In this document: piece after piece, positions 43,290-55,153 of the stretch
Layout of the letters: the number at the start of each line of letters is the position of its first letter
How positions within the stretch are numbered: position 1 is the first letter of the stretch
DNA from: Nitrospirales bacterium
GTDB taxonomy: Bacteria > Nitrospirota > Nitrospiria > Nitrospirales > UBA8639
Assembly (NCBI GenBank): GCA_965203295.1
Contig: CBDBCZ010000019.1
Span: 1,440,001-1,504,000, forward strand
Length of the DNA: 64,000 bases
Direction: 5' to 3'
The notes under the pieces: model-generated
What the model saw: the letters and a program-made list of their open reading frames with translations, nothing else
Databases searched by the model: none
Told to the model about the DNA's origin: nothing
Translations under genes and position numbers: made by a program

Positions 43290-44144
43290 GTGAACATTCT
43301 AGTGCTTGGTTCCGCAGGGCAGATCGGCTCTCACTTCGTTGAGTACGTCAGGACTCAGATGACTTATGATGTAACGACGTTCGACATTGAGGATGATCCC
43401 GTACAGGATCTACGCATACGATCTGTCGCCTTGGAGCAGGCTGTCGCCAATTGTGACCTGGTGATGTTCTTGGCCTTCGATGTAGGTGGATCGCCGTATC
43501 TGCTGCAGTATCAACATACGTTCAAGTTCATCGACAATAACGCAACCATGCTGGCCAACGTCTTTGGACTTGTGCATAAGTACGAGTTTGGACTTGTGCA
43601 TAAGTACGAGAAGCCAGTCATTTTCGTTTCATCCCAGATGGCAACCATGAGTTGGTCGCCGTATGGTGCACTTAAGTCACTGGGCGAGATCTACGCAAAG
43701 TCAATGGGCGGTGTTGTCGTGAAGTTCTGGAACGTCTATGGACGTGAGCATGACCACAAGAAGTTTCACGTTATCTCCGACTTCATCACGATGGCGATCC
43801 GAGAAGGCAGGATTAGGATGAGGACGGATGGCCTGGAGGAGCGCCAGTTCCTCCAGGCCGACGATTGCTCAGGTGCACTCCTGTACCTGACGGCAAACTA
43901 TGCCACCCTAGACAGGGAAAAGGAGTACCACATCACGAGTCATGAATGGACGACAATCCGTAAGATTGCCGACATCATTGCCAATAAACTCGATGTAGAA
44001 GTGCAGCCAGGAGAGAAGACGGATACCGTTCAGGGTGTCAAGAATGAAGCAGACGACTACATGCTCAATTTCTAGAAGCCAGTCATCGGAATCCGCGAGG
44101 GGATTGAGGGATTAATTGACTATTATGTTGAGCACGGAATATAA
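43290..44144 (+). pseudogene. NAD-dependent epimerase/dehydratase with 24-bp duplication and TAG
   Basis: LGSAGQIG, YGALK, NVYG; FGLVHKYE repeated twice; TAG at 44073-44075 before KPVIGIREGI. Confidence 0.8.
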
Positions 44145-44360
44145 ACTGGAAGCATAGATGCCGTTACCCAGAGCATACCAGAAATATCCAGAGCCTGAGG
44201 GTACGAGGTTCTATTTCTACGAGACTTGGTGCATTATTCCCCGTGGAGGACTGGCTCGCCTAATTCAAGTCGCGGAGAATTTGTCTTTCCCTTCATAGAT
44301 CAGTTTAGAAGATTGCTGCAAATAGATGCACGTGTGGGTCAGAATCGATCGGTTCTGCTT

Positions 44361-44415
44361 TGCGCAAGGCCGATAAAATTCACCGATTCTGGGCCGATAA
44401 AATTCACCGATTCTG
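44361..44415 (+). mobile_element. Possible orphan IS21-family end (tandem 24-bp repeat)
   Basis: Begins TG; GGCCGATAAAATTCACCGATTCTG twice (44368-44391, 44392-44415); IS21 ends carry tandem transposase sites. Confidence 0.45.
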
Positions 44416-44437
44416 TCTGTGAACGTGTCTGGTCAAC

Positions 44438-45400
44438 GTGTCGGTGAGTACCACTTCTTTGTCTACAAACCTGCCCACTCCAAGCTGCCGGACACCTTAC
44501 CTGAGCATTGTGATTGCATCGAGGAACGACGGATACCTTGGCGATCTCATCGAGCGTTTGACAATTTTTCAGAAATGCCTCCTATTACAGCTTGAGCAAT
44601 ATCGCCTCGATGCGGAACTGATCGTCGTGGAGTGGAATCCGCCTCGAGAAACCGCCTCTCTCGCCGATGTCATCCCCTGGATTAAAGGCGGTAGCTGTAC
44701 GTCGGTTCGGGTCATTCGAGTCGACGAGCGCCAGCACGATCGGTACCCAAACGCTCGCCGAACACCGATGCTCGAGTATCCAGCGAAGAATGTCGGCATC
44801 CAGCGGGCAAAAGGGAGGTTTGCGCTCTCGACCAATGCGGATCTACTCTACAGCAAGGAGCTCATCCGATTCCTGGCGCAACGGCAACTGTGCGACGAGG
44901 CATTCTACCGAATCGATCGTTACGACTATTCGGGCCTTCCGCTAAGCACTTGGTCGCCAGCGGCGTGCATACAGCATGCACGAGCGAACGTGTTTGTGGC
45001 TCACATTCGGCAGACTTCGCGGTGGAAACGGAATTGGATTCGTATCAGACCCTGGTCCAAATGGCTGATCCGGCTCACCGGATCCTGGCCCGGATCTGCA
45101 AACCAATGTCGTGAGCGGTGGAAGGGAGATACTCCCGTCATTTCGATGCACGATGACGATGGTCTTTACTGGGGCCGCATCTGGCGATTTCCTGCTCGCT
45201 TCTGCAGATTCGTGGCGTCACCGTGCATGGTTTTTCATGCCGACCATCCGAGAATCGAGCACTCGTCACGTTTGCAACTCGCGGCGGAAGATTGGAAGGG
45301 ACATCTGGCGGCAATCCGGGCCGGTACTCTGGGTCCAGCGATCAATGACGACAATTGGGGATTAGCTGGCGAAGAATTGGAGGAAGTCCACATTGTCTAG
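44438..45400 (+). pseudogene. GT-A-like protein, paralog of 6650; internal frameshift and deletion
   Basis: SRNDG, IVVEWNPP, AKNVGI.RA, YRIDR, NDDNWGL; the ASGDFLL segment lies in the +1 frame near 45175. Confidence 0.7.
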
Positions 45401-45796
45401 GGCCAGCATGCGTTCGGGAATAGAGGGGAGCTCAAAGTGCATTCCGTGCACCTGATCACTGGGATATGAGTGGTCCATGACCGAAGTATACTTCCCTGAT
45501 CCTGCCCAAAAGAGACGTAATCGTGCTGCTGCTGGTAGAAGCATCAACGTTTTGGGCTGTAAAGGTGTGACTTTTAGAAATAGAAAGATCTTCAGCCTCT
45601 AACTTTTCAGACCAAACCCAATCCCTTCATCCCGTTCCAGGTGAATTGTAACGCCATGCTTTCTTTTTCCAGAAAATCACTTACATCTTTGACATTGTGG
45701 TTGAGGAGTTTTTTAACCCGGATTTTGCATTAGACGTTGGTGTTTTTGTATCGTTGGGGTTGTGACACCGATGGTTCTCCCCAATTTTCTGTGAGG

Positions 45797-46000
45797 ATGC
45801 TCATGAAACGACGACGCTCTGTTCTCCGCCGACAGGACAAAACGGTGGGCCGTGAGACTGGGCTTACCTGGGTGTTTACGGACAAGGCCGTGATAGCATG
45901 GGGTGGGCTCCGACTAATGCAAGAGTTTCTCACGCGCCTGCACTTCCGAGAGATGCTCGCCCAGAGTCCCTTGCCCCAGCCGCTATCCAATTGTTTCTGA
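45797..46000 (+). mobile_element. IS1380-family transposase N-terminal fragment
   Basis: FTDKAVIAWGGLRLMQE...LPQPLSN resembles IS1380 N-termini; truncated. Confidence 0.65.
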
Positions 46001-46359
46001 AAGAATGCGAATGGCGATTCAAAAGTCAGTCTCCCAAGACATGGTCGCTGAACTGAAAAGATGGTTAAGACAAACTCAAAAATGATCCATCTTCTATGCT
46101 AGCCCCAAAAAACTTTGTGCTCGGAGAGAGGGAAGATAGTCCGTTTCTTCCTTCTGTTGTGAGGCTAGTGAATCTCTCACAGAATTCAGACATGTTACAT
46201 GTGAGAACCATCACCTCTCATATAATCGTGAATCCGAGCTTTTGCTGAAGCCTTTTTTAATTATCCTTTCACGGTTGTCAGGCGCAAATTGACATCGTTT
46301 TAAACCCGCCCATAGAATCTTGAGATTTTTACGATCTTAAAAAATTTTCAAGAGCCGTT

Positions 46360-47473
46360 GTGACTATTTCCTCTGCAAAACCCGTTAGTGTGAAACTCGA
46401 TAATCTTGTGAAACAGCATGGGGTGACGCTTGCGGTTGATTCTGTTTCACTGGAAATCAAGCAAGGAGAATTCTTTTCGATCTTAGGCCCAAGTGGATCA
46501 GGGAAAACCACGACATTGCGACTGATTGCCGGATTCGATGCTCCTGATCAGGGTGATGTCCTGATCCATGGCCGGTCCATGCGAGGGGTTCCTCCGCACC
46601 TGCGTCCGATCAATATGGTGTTCCAACATTACGCCCTCTTTCCTCACCTGACTGCTTGGCAGAATGTGGTATTCGGACTACAAATACAAAGCCTGACAAA
46701 ACACGACATTCGTGATCGGGGGGAAGCTGTGTTAGAAATGGTTCATTTGGAAGGGAAGCAACACCGGATGCCCAATGAACTATCTGGCGGGGAACAGCAA
46801 CGAGTTGCCCTAGCTCGAGCCTTGGTCAACCAGCCTCTCGTGTTGCTTCTAGATGAACCACTCGGCGCATTGGATCAGAATTTACGACAATCAATGAGAG
46901 AGGAGCTCAAGCGCATTCAGGAGCGAGTTGGGATAACCTTTATTTGCGTGACTCATCATCAAGAAGAAGCATTAGCCTTGTCTGATCGTGTTGCAGTCAT
47001 GAATCATGGACAAATCGCTCAGGTTGGAACTCCTCAAGATTTGTATGAGGCGCCCACCTCTCTTTTTGTGGCTGGTTTTGTTGGACTCTCTAATCAATTT
47101 TCTGGGGAAATCATTTCCATGAATGAAACTAAATGAAACTACCTGTATGACCAGCGTTCCTGACTTATCACCAGTTGAAATAGAACAACCTGAACATGTT
47201 TTTGTGGGAGGAGATGTGACGGTTATTCTTCGACCTGAAAGACTGAATTTGACACGAGATCGTTCAATAGCGAATGGCCCCAATTGTTTCCCATGCACGA
47301 TTCAAAAGGCCAATTATTCTGGTGGTGATTTCTGGTATCAGGTCTCACTTTCGTCTTCAATCGTCTGGACTCTTCGCCAAACGAATGACGGTGGGCTGCA
47401 GGAGAGATTTCAAGCAGGGGAGATGGCCTTTATTTGTTGGTCGCCACGGGATGGACGAGTTCTTTCCTCTTAG
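46360..47473 (+). pseudogene. potA: Spermidine/putrescine ABC ATPase, frameshifted by a 10-bp duplication
   Basis: GPSGSGKT, LSGGEQQR, LDEPL; AATGAAACTA twice at 47122-47141; TOBE domain in the next frame. Confidence 0.88.
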
Positions 47474-47514
47474 CCTCTCAGCAACTAACGCAACCATCAT
47501 CCTTTTCTAAATTT

Positions 47515-48395
47515 ATGTCGAAGCCTGGTCGTTTTCAATTTCTTTCTCCTTATCGTGTTGGAGCCTTATTGCCTGCCCTCATTTTTTTGGGGCTATTTTT
47601 TGTCGTTCCCCTTCTTCTGGTAATGGGAGTCAGCTTTACGACACGGGGAACCTATGGTGGATTTGAATGGAATTTCACGTTTTCCAACTACGTGAGATTT
47701 ATCGATCCTCTCTATTGGAACATTTATGCTCGTGGAACATTTATGCTCGATCATTTTTGTTGGCGTTCGTGACCACTGGCATTTGCTTGGTGCTCAGTTT
47801 TCCCTTGGCGTATGTCATAGCCAGAGCGCCTCATCGTACCCAACAGGTCTGGCTTTTTTTAGTGATGATTCCGTTTTGGACCAATTTTTTAGTCCGCACC
47901 TATGCCTGGATCTTCATTCTTCGCACCGAGGGACTTCTCAATACCCAACTCATCAATTTAGGATTCATCTCAGAACCATTAAATTTGTTATACACTGATG
48001 GTGCAGTATTACTGGGATTGGTCTATGGGTATCTTCCCTTTATGATCCTTCCCTTGTACGTGGCGCTTGAACGGATTCCCGTGTCTTTGGAAGAAGCGGC
48101 ACGTGATTTGTATGCAAGGGGGTGGGCTGTCTTTAGGAAAGTCATTTTTCCTCTTTCTCAACCTGGGATTGTCGCAGGTTGCATCCTGGTGTTTGTTCCG
48201 TTCCTAGGGGCTTTTATTACACCATATCTTCTGGGTGGTGGCCAAAGCATGATGCTCGGCACATTGATTCAACATGAATTCTTGGTCGTTCGAGATTGGC
48301 CATTTGGGTCTGCCCCGTCCTTTGTATTAATGATCATTGTGTTGATATTGGCGTTGGTCCTATCCAAACGGCAACGAGTCTGGAGTCCGTCATGA
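47515..48395 (+). pseudogene. potB: Polyamine ABC permease, frameshifted by a 17-bp duplication
   Basis: TGGAACATTTATGCTCG twice at 47716-47749; PFWTNFLVRTYAW, EEAARDL, RDWPFGSA. Confidence 0.88.
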
Positions 48396-49159
48396 GTCGA
48401 CAAGGGTGGTTGCTGGGAAGCCTGAGCTTCGCGGCATTGTCTTTTCTCTACCTGCCTATTGTAATCTTAATCATCTTTTCGTTTAACGCCGCTAAAATCG
48501 TCGCATCTTGGCAGGGACTCACATTCCATTGGTATCAACTTTTGACGACGGATGAAAGTTTATGGGCTGCCACTCAAAATAGCCTTACGGTAGGTTTGCT
48601 TTCGATGATGGTAGATCTCGTGTTAGGTGTGGGGGCGGGAGTGGCGCTCGAGCGGGGTGTGTTTGCTTGGAGAAGCGGGGTTGAAAGTCTTGTTCTGCTT
48701 CCGCTGGTTATTCCGGAAATCATGATGGGAGTTTCATTACTGCTCCTTTTTGTGATCATTGGGTGGCCGTTGGGCCTATCAACCGTGACTGTCGGTCACA
48801 TTGTGTTTAATCTTCCTTTGGTGGCTGTCATTATCCGAGCTCGCCTTCGAAAGTTGGACCCAGTCCTTGAAGAGGCGGCGCGAGATTTAGGGGCCACGCC
48901 GTGGCAGGCATTCCGATATGTGACGCTTCCTCTTCTCCGACCGGCTATGTTGGGCGCTGGGCTCATGGCGTTTTCAGTTTCCCTTGATGATTTCATCGTG
49001 ACTTTTTTTACGGCAGGATCTGGCTCGACCACATTACCGCTTAAAGTTTTTTCAATGTTACGGACGGGAATTTCCCCAGAGATCAATGCTCTTTCAGCTC
49101 TTTTGGTCGTCATTTCCATGATTCTCATTGCGCTTTCCCTTTTGTTCCAACGAAAGTAA
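48392..49159 (+). CDS. potC: Polyamine ABC permease
   Basis: FLYLPI..L..FSFN, EEAARDLGA, SLDDF, TLPL, PEINAL. Confidence 0.9.
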   Translation: MSRQGWLLGSLSFAALSFLYLPIVILIIFSFNAAKIVASWQGLTFHWYQLLTTDESLWAATQNSLTVGLLSMMVDLVLGVGAGVALERGVFAWRSGVESLVLLPLVIPEIMMGVSLLLLFVIIGWPLGLSTVTVGHIVFNLPLVAVIIRARLRKLDPVLEEAARDLGATPWQAFRYVTLPLLRPAMLGAGLMAFSVSLDDFIVTFFTAGSGSTTLPLKVFSMLRTGISPEINALSALLVVISMILIALSLLFQRK

Positions 49160-49179
49160 GAAGGATCTGCAGGTGTTCC

Positions 49180-50289
49180 ATGTCATTGATTTCTAAGCGG
49201 AAGGTCTTTGTGGACGGCTGCGTCGTGGTTGCCGGACTCGTGTGTCTCCTGTTTTTGGGATGATGCCAATCGGAAAGAGAAGGGGAGAGGGAAGACGAGA
49301 AACGCGCAGAGACTCATTCATCTGACGTCCTCTATTATTTTACGTGGTCTGATTATGTAGATCGAGGGTTACTCAAGGGTTTTGAGGAGCGAACTGGTGC
49401 TCAGGTCGTCGTCGATACGTTTAGCAGTAATGAGGAATTACTGGCTAAAGTTCAAGGTGGCGCGACTGGCTATGATGTTGTCGTGCCTTCTGATTTTATG
49501 GTGACGATCATGGCTCAGCAGGGGCTTCTTGCTCCGTTGGATTTATTGGCAATCCCTAACTTCCAGCATAGTGAGAACTGGTTAAAAGATTTACCGTTTG
49601 ATCCACACAATGAATTTTCAGTTCCCTATCCCTATTTGTGGGGAACAGTTGGCATTGGATATGACTCTGCGGTCATTGATTTGCCTCCTGCATCGTGGAA
49701 CATTTTGTGGGATGCCAGGTTTTCCGGTAAAATAAGTATGCTGAATGATCAACGAGAAGTCTTAGGCATGGCTCTCCGCTCTCTGGGGTACTCCCTGAAT
49801 AGTCGAGATCCTCAACGCATCGAACAAGCCAAACAAAAGCTCATCCAGCAAAAACCTCTCGTCAAAAGCTATACCAGTGAGACGTTTGACCATATGCTCG
49901 CGTCTGGAGACGTGGTGCTCTCTCATGCCTGGGGTGGGCCTATTGCTCGAGCGATGCAAGAGCGGCCTTCGATCCGTTATGTTGTACCTCAAGAAGGGGG
50001 GACGATTTGGACCGATTGTTTGGCCGTCTTAAGCACTTCGTCGAATAAAGCCTTAGCGATGGAATTCATTAATTACTTGTTGGAAACTGACGTGGCAGTG
50101 ACAACCTCAAACCGGTTGCTCTTCGCCTCTGCCAACCGTTTTGTCAAGGACAAAGTGAACACCGAGGTGAGGAATAACCCTGCTGTCTATCCCTCAGAAT
50201 CAGTTGTTGAACGAATGGAATGGATGACCACAGTTGGGGACGAGATTCGGTATTACGATCGAGCCTGGACTGAGCTCAAGATTCATTAA
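49180..50289 (+). pseudogene. potD: Polyamine-binding protein with TGA in the lipobox region
   Basis: LFLG*C with TGA at 49261-49263; FTWSDY, SNEEL, YDVVVPSD, PYPYLWG (6-bp duplication), WTELK. Confidence 0.85.
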
Positions 50290-50393
50290 TCGTCGTGATG
50301 AAAAGAATGGTTGCCTATATAGCCTTGACCCTTGGAGGGAGGAACCACTAGACTAAAAATGCTGGGTTTTTATCCTAAAAACGAGGAGAAAAT

Positions 50394-51245
50394 ATGAGAG
50401 TGTCTGTTTTGATCGTGGTCGTGGTGGGTGTCGTTTTATGTGCCGGTAGTCCGCCCGTTTTGGATAAAAGTTTGGCTTCTTTTCCCGTAGGGATGGTGTG
50501 GCTTGTTCAAGTCCCATATGCGCCTCCCCCTGAAGCTGAATTCCCAGATATTCCTAAAGCCACGCCGGGTCCTGAGTTCTTAACACCTGAAGAAGCCAAA
50601 CGAGCTGAGCTGTTGTTGCCAATGTTGTCGGGTCCCCAAGAACTGTATGCGATAGGCGAGTTCGTTCACTTGGGGAAGCCTGCTGTCCCGGTGATTATCA
50701 AAGCCTTAACGATGCCTGACACGAGAGTGCGATACAATGCTATAGAAACATTGAAAATTATAAAGGTTCCTTCATCGGTTCCTGCCTTGCTCGAATCAGC
50801 CATGAATGTGAATGAAGTGACTCGGATTCGAGCTCATGCTTTACGAACAGCAGTGAGAATCGACCCTAGGCAAGTCTTGCCTGCCCTTGAGGTTATTGAT
50901 AAGGATGATACTGATACCATGCGCCGAACGGTTGCCTTCGAGGCTAGGTATGTTAGGCAGAAAGAGGTGATCCCGATCTTAATCGAAATGCTCGGAGACT
51001 CTGAGCGTTTTGTGGCGGTGACGGCTTTGGAATCCTTTTTGGTGCTCACGAGATATGCCGGAAAATCTCATGATTGGCAAGGGTCAACTCAGGAACAGCG
51101 GAAAGTCTGGGCATTAGAATGGAAAGAGTGGTGGGAGACAAATTCGCGACGGCGAGAACAGGAAAGCCAGGCCTCCCCAAAGGCTATGGCTAAGTCGAAA
51201 AAAGGTCAAGGTGGAAGTCTTGAATTTTTTCCAATTCACGAATAA
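50394..51245 (+). CDS. Secreted HEAT-repeat protein
   Basis: GAGGAG RBS, signal peptide, AVPVI/SVPAL/VIPIL repeats, W..WW C-terminal motif. Confidence 0.7.
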   Translation: MRVSVLIVVVVGVVLCAGSPPVLDKSLASFPVGMVWLVQVPYAPPPEAEFPDIPKATPGPEFLTPEEAKRAELLLPMLSGPQELYAIGEFVHLGKPAVPVIIKALTMPDTRVRYNAIETLKIIKVPSSVPALLESAMNVNEVTRIRAHALRTAVRIDPRQVLPALEVIDKDDTDTMRRTVAFEARYVRQKEVIPILIEMLGDSERFVAVTALESFLVLTRYAGKSHDWQGSTQEQRKVWALEWKEWWETNSRRREQESQASPKAMAKSKKGQGGSLEFFPIHE

Positions 51246-51369
51246 CGAGAGGCCTCTCAGTCACGTTATCATGTGCTACGTGGTTCCATGCGAAGATTGT
51301 CTGAATCACTGATGAACGTGTTATGTCTAAGTATGTTTTGTCCTGCTATACAACCATGGAGTAACGCAG

Positions 51370-51900
51370 ATGGCGCTTTTACCTATTGCTAAACTCGGGA
51401 ATCCCGTATTGCGACAAATGGCCGAGCCCGTTGATCCTAATCGTCTTGGGAGCCGAGATTATCAACGATTTATCGATGATATGTTTGAAACGATGCTAGA
51501 AAATGCGGGAATTGGGCTTGCAGCCCCGCAAGTGTCCCGTTCCGAACAATGTATCGTGATGGAATGTGGGGGAGATGAGGGATTTTCTGAAACTGTTCTG
51601 ATCAACCCTAAAATTGTGTTTTACGGTCCACATCAAACCGAAATGTGGGAAGGTTGTTTGAGTGTTGATGGGTTACGTGGCAAAGTCACTCGCCCTTCAA
51701 TCATCAGAGTTCAGGCGCTGGATCGTCATGGTTCCTCTTTGGACTTCGAGGCCAGCGGGCTTTACGCCGTCTGCATTCAGCATGAACTTGATCATTTAAT
51801 TGGGAAAACGTTTTTAGATCGAATGACCGATTTGTCGACGCTCACTCAAATGCAAGAATTTGAGAAGTATTGGCAAAAGGAGCCTGCCACCGTTATTTAA
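51370..51900 (+). CDS. def: Peptide deformylase
   Basis: GIGLAAPQ, EGCLS, QHELDHL. Confidence 0.97.
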   Translation: MALLPIAKLGNPVLRQMAEPVDPNRLGSRDYQRFIDDMFETMLENAGIGLAAPQVSRSEQCIVMECGGDEGFSETVLINPKIVFYGPHQTEMWEGCLSVDGLRGKVTRPSIIRVQALDRHGSSLDFEASGLYAVCIQHELDHLIGKTFLDRMTDLSTLTQMQEFEKYWQKEPATVI

Positions 51901-51994
51901 CCCCTGAGTTCGGCCATCCTGAATGGCTTCTTATCAAGGAGGAGTCAAGCCTGGTTTTGACAAGGAATCATTGGTGCTTGTGGACTGAACCATT

Positions 51995-53717
51995 GTGAAA
52001 TCCCTGCTTCGAATTCTTTGGTACCTTCGCCCTTTCCGACCTCTTGTTTCCCTTACCTTTTTCTGTGCGGCTCTGACGACCGTTTTTGATCTTCTCCTTC
52101 TTTGGCTGATTAAAGTGATCATTGACGACGTCATCGCAGCCAATCAATTCACTCTCCTTCCTTGGGTGTTGGGTGGATTGGTGCTGGTATATGGGATGAA
52201 GAATCTTTTTAACGCTCTTCGTATCCGATTCAATAACACTTTAGAGCAGCGGTTGGTCTTTTCTCTTCGCCAACAGGTGTTTCATAAACTTCAGGGCCTT
52301 TCTGTCAGTTATTTTGAAAACCGTTCAACAGGCGAGATCATGTCCAGGGTGGTCAACGACACGGAACATGTCGAACGGATTTTTATCGATGGGCTGGAAG
52401 GCATACTGTCTGCCTCCCTGACTTTACTCGGGATCATTGGCATTCTTTTTTGGATTAATTGGAAATTAGCGCTGTTGGCCTTGCTTCCTATTCCCATTCT
52501 GGTGCTTTCAGCTATTGGATTTTCACGTCAGGTACACCGGTACTACCACGAAATTCGGCAATGCGCGAGTGATCTGAATGCCTATTTGTAAGATGCGCTA
52601 TCTGGAATACGAGAAACGATGGGATTCAATCGACAACGCTATGAACAGTCGCGATTTGATACGAAGAGTCAAGCGTTTAGTGATAGCAATTTAAAAGCCA
52701 TGTTTCTTTGGTCGGTCTATTCTCCGAGTATGGCGTTCGTTGGAAGTCTTGGTGCGGTGCTGATACTTTGGTATGGGTCGGGTGAAGTGGCACGGGGAAC
52801 CCTGGAGTTAGGCGAATTGGTCGCGTTTCTTTTTTACCTGGCATTGTTTTACATCCCGGTTAACCAAATTCATTCAGTCAATCATCTTTTACAACATGCT
52901 CTAGCTGCTAGCGAGCGCGTCTTTGAAGTGTTAGATACGATTCCAGAGGTTCAAGACCAACCCGGAGCGCTTGAGCCACATTCACGAGTCAGTGGGACCG
53001 TACAGTTTGATCGAGTTGAATTCTCTTATCGAGACGATGTTCCAGTGATTCGAAATGTGTCACTTCAGGTTCGTGCGGGTGAGCGAATTGCTCTTGTTGG
53101 GCACAGTGGAGCAGGTAAAAGCACGCTGCTCAAGCTACTCATGAGATCATATGAAGTCAAGGGTGGGGTGATCAGAATTGATGGGTATGATATACGGGAG
53201 CTCACCATTCATTGTTTGCGTGACCAGATTGGCTTGGTTCAACAAGAACCGTTTTTGTTTAATGGTACCGTCAGAGAAAATATCGCCTATGGCAACTTGC
53301 AGGCAACTCAGGAGTACATTGAGCGGGTAGCGATAGCTGTCCGAGCCCATGAGTTTATCCTTGAGCTTCTAGAGCAGTATGAAACTTGGATTGGGGAGCG
53401 GGGTGTCAAATTATCGGTAGGACAAAAGCAACGTGTCTCCATTGCACGGGTTTTGCTAAAAAATCCACCACTGGTTATTTTTGATGAAGCCACTTCGAAT
53501 ATTGATACCGAAACGGAGGTCAAAATTCGTGAGGCCTTAGAAGTTTTGACTCAAAATCGCACGACCTTCATCATTGCTCACCGATTCTCTACCCTTCAAG
53601 TTGATGGAATCGTCGTTCTTGATCTATGGTCAAATAGTGGAGATGGGGACCCATGAAGTCCTTCTTTCCCATGGTGGTCTTTACGCCGGTCTCTACGAGG
53701 CACAATTCCAAACGTAA
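51995..53717 (+). pseudogene. ABC exporter (fused TMD-NBD, MsbA/MdlA-like) with TAA and +1 frameshift
   Basis: TAA at 52589-52591 in L*DALSG; GHSGAGKST, LSVGQ, DEATS; GQIVEMGTH lies in the +1 frame near 53625. Confidence 0.85.
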
Positions 53718-54051
53718 TGACTGAATCGCTCTCGTTACCAGTGCTGGTAGACGAAATACAAAAGATAGGTTTCGGCTAGAGAATGAGCTCAAGCTAAATT
53801 GACAACAGATCGCCTCATGCAACTCTTTGATTATATTGAAATAAATTTCTTTCAGCCCTACCTGTTTAGATTATGTAATGTTATTGACAGAATGAATAAT
53901 GCGTGATACTTTTCGATAATTTTCATTTATCTAAAGCTTGACTAATCGTACTTTACTAAATGAGCCCAAAGGGAATATCCGGGCCCTCTGAGGTTTTCTG
54001 TTTCAGCAAAAGGTTTTCTTCTCGGAGAATATTTTATCAAGGGAGGGGATC

Positions 54052-54270
54052 GTGAGCGAAAGAAAATCGGGAACGGTAAAATGGTTTAATGACCGTAAAG
54101 GCTTCGGATTCATCAGGGTTGATGATGGCCAGGATGTGTTCGTTCACTATTCAGCATTACAAGGAGAGGGCTTTAAAACACTAAAGGAGGGTGAACCTGT
54201 TGAGTTCGACCTTGTTGAAGGAGCAAAAGGACCCCAGGCGTCCAATGTGGTGAAAACCGCTACCGTTTGA
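54052..54270 (+). CDS. cspA: Cold-shock protein
   Basis: GTVKWFN, KGFGFI, DVFVHYS, KGPQA; GGGAGG RBS; long AT-rich upstream region. Confidence 0.93.
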   Translation: MSERKSGTVKWFNDRKGFGFIRVDDGQDVFVHYSALQGEGFKTLKEGEPVEFDLVEGAKGPQASNVVKTATV

Positions 54271-54322
54271 GAGTTTAAGACGGCAAACTGAAAATTAAAT
54301 CTAATTGATTGTTCTAACTGTG

Positions 54323-54350
54323 AGGGCCTCAACAATGAGGCCCTTTTTTT
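54323..54350 (+). terminator. Rho-independent terminator
   Basis: AGGGCCTCA-ACAA-TGAGGCCCT followed by a T run. Confidence 0.85.
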
Positions 54351-54354
54351 GTCT

Positions 54355-55071
54355 TCACGAACTCATCTGCTTTAACTGAATAGATTCGATACGAACAGGC
54401 GCAAGCCCTTTGTGATGAAAGCCCAGCTTTTTGGCTGCTCCAGAACTCAGATCAATAATTCTTTTTCCAGATTCAGGGTTTTTTGTACTTGGGAATGGTC
54501 CCCGGTCATTGACTCGAACAACAATGGTCCGATTATTCTCTAGGTTAGTCACCAACACATTGGTGGGAAGAGGAAGATATTTATGAGCTGCTGTGAACCC
54601 TTGCGGCTTGAACACTTCACCATTGGCAGTCATATGGCCACCCTTTTTTCGAAGAGTTTCGCTCCCATACCATGATGCAATTCCGGTTTCCTGGTAAGTC
54701 TTGGCTTCATCGACAGACATGGGAACATAGCGGCGACCCTTGACAGTGTACGGCGCGTTTTTTACGCGCCCTTGTCGGATGGCCTCTTTCACCGGTAACC
54801 CGTCAATCGTTTCTATGTCATCATTGGTTAAAGGCCAATCTATTGGGGCTCGGACAACCTCGAAAGTGAATTTCCCAATATGATATACAAGTTTAGCCGT
54901 TCCCTTGGTCAGTTCATAGGTGCCTTTTAAGACCCAAACGGTGCCTTTCACAACACCGGTGACGACGTCGTACGTGAACTCAATCACAGAACAACTGGGT
55001 AGAGTTAACCAATTGACGAGGATCAACAAATAAAACGTATAGGCGGTTAAACTTTTGAAAACTCTGTTCAT
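54355..55071 (-). CDS. rlpA: Septal ring lytic transglycosylase RlpA family lipoprotein
   Basis: GIASWYG, TANGE, TAAHK.LP, RVNDRGPF, IIDLS; lipobox LPSC. Confidence 0.88.
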   Translation of the reverse strand: MNRVFKSLTAYTFYLLILVNWLTLPSCSVIEFTYDVVTGVVKGTVWVLKGTYELTKGTAKLVYHIGKFTFEVVRAPIDWPLTNDDIETIDGLPVKEAIRQGRVKNAPYTVKGRRYVPMSVDEAKTYQETGIASWYGSETLRKKGGHMTANGEVFKPQGFTAAHKYLPLPTNVLVTNLENNRTIVVRVNDRGPFPSTKNPESGKRIIDLSSGAAKKLGFHHKGLAPVRIESIQLKQMSS

Positions 55072-55153
55072 CAGATGACGGAAAGAAATCCCCCCCAGTG
55101 GGGGAGAGACCCAATAACTCGCGTTACGTGACATTGAATATAAATTTGAGGAA

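Noticed and set aside
44368..44415. CRISPR array
   Set aside because: Two directly adjacent 24-bp copies with no spacer and no cas genes
45400..45740. Possible gene fragment between the GT paralog and the IS1380 remnant
   Set aside because: No family could be recognised
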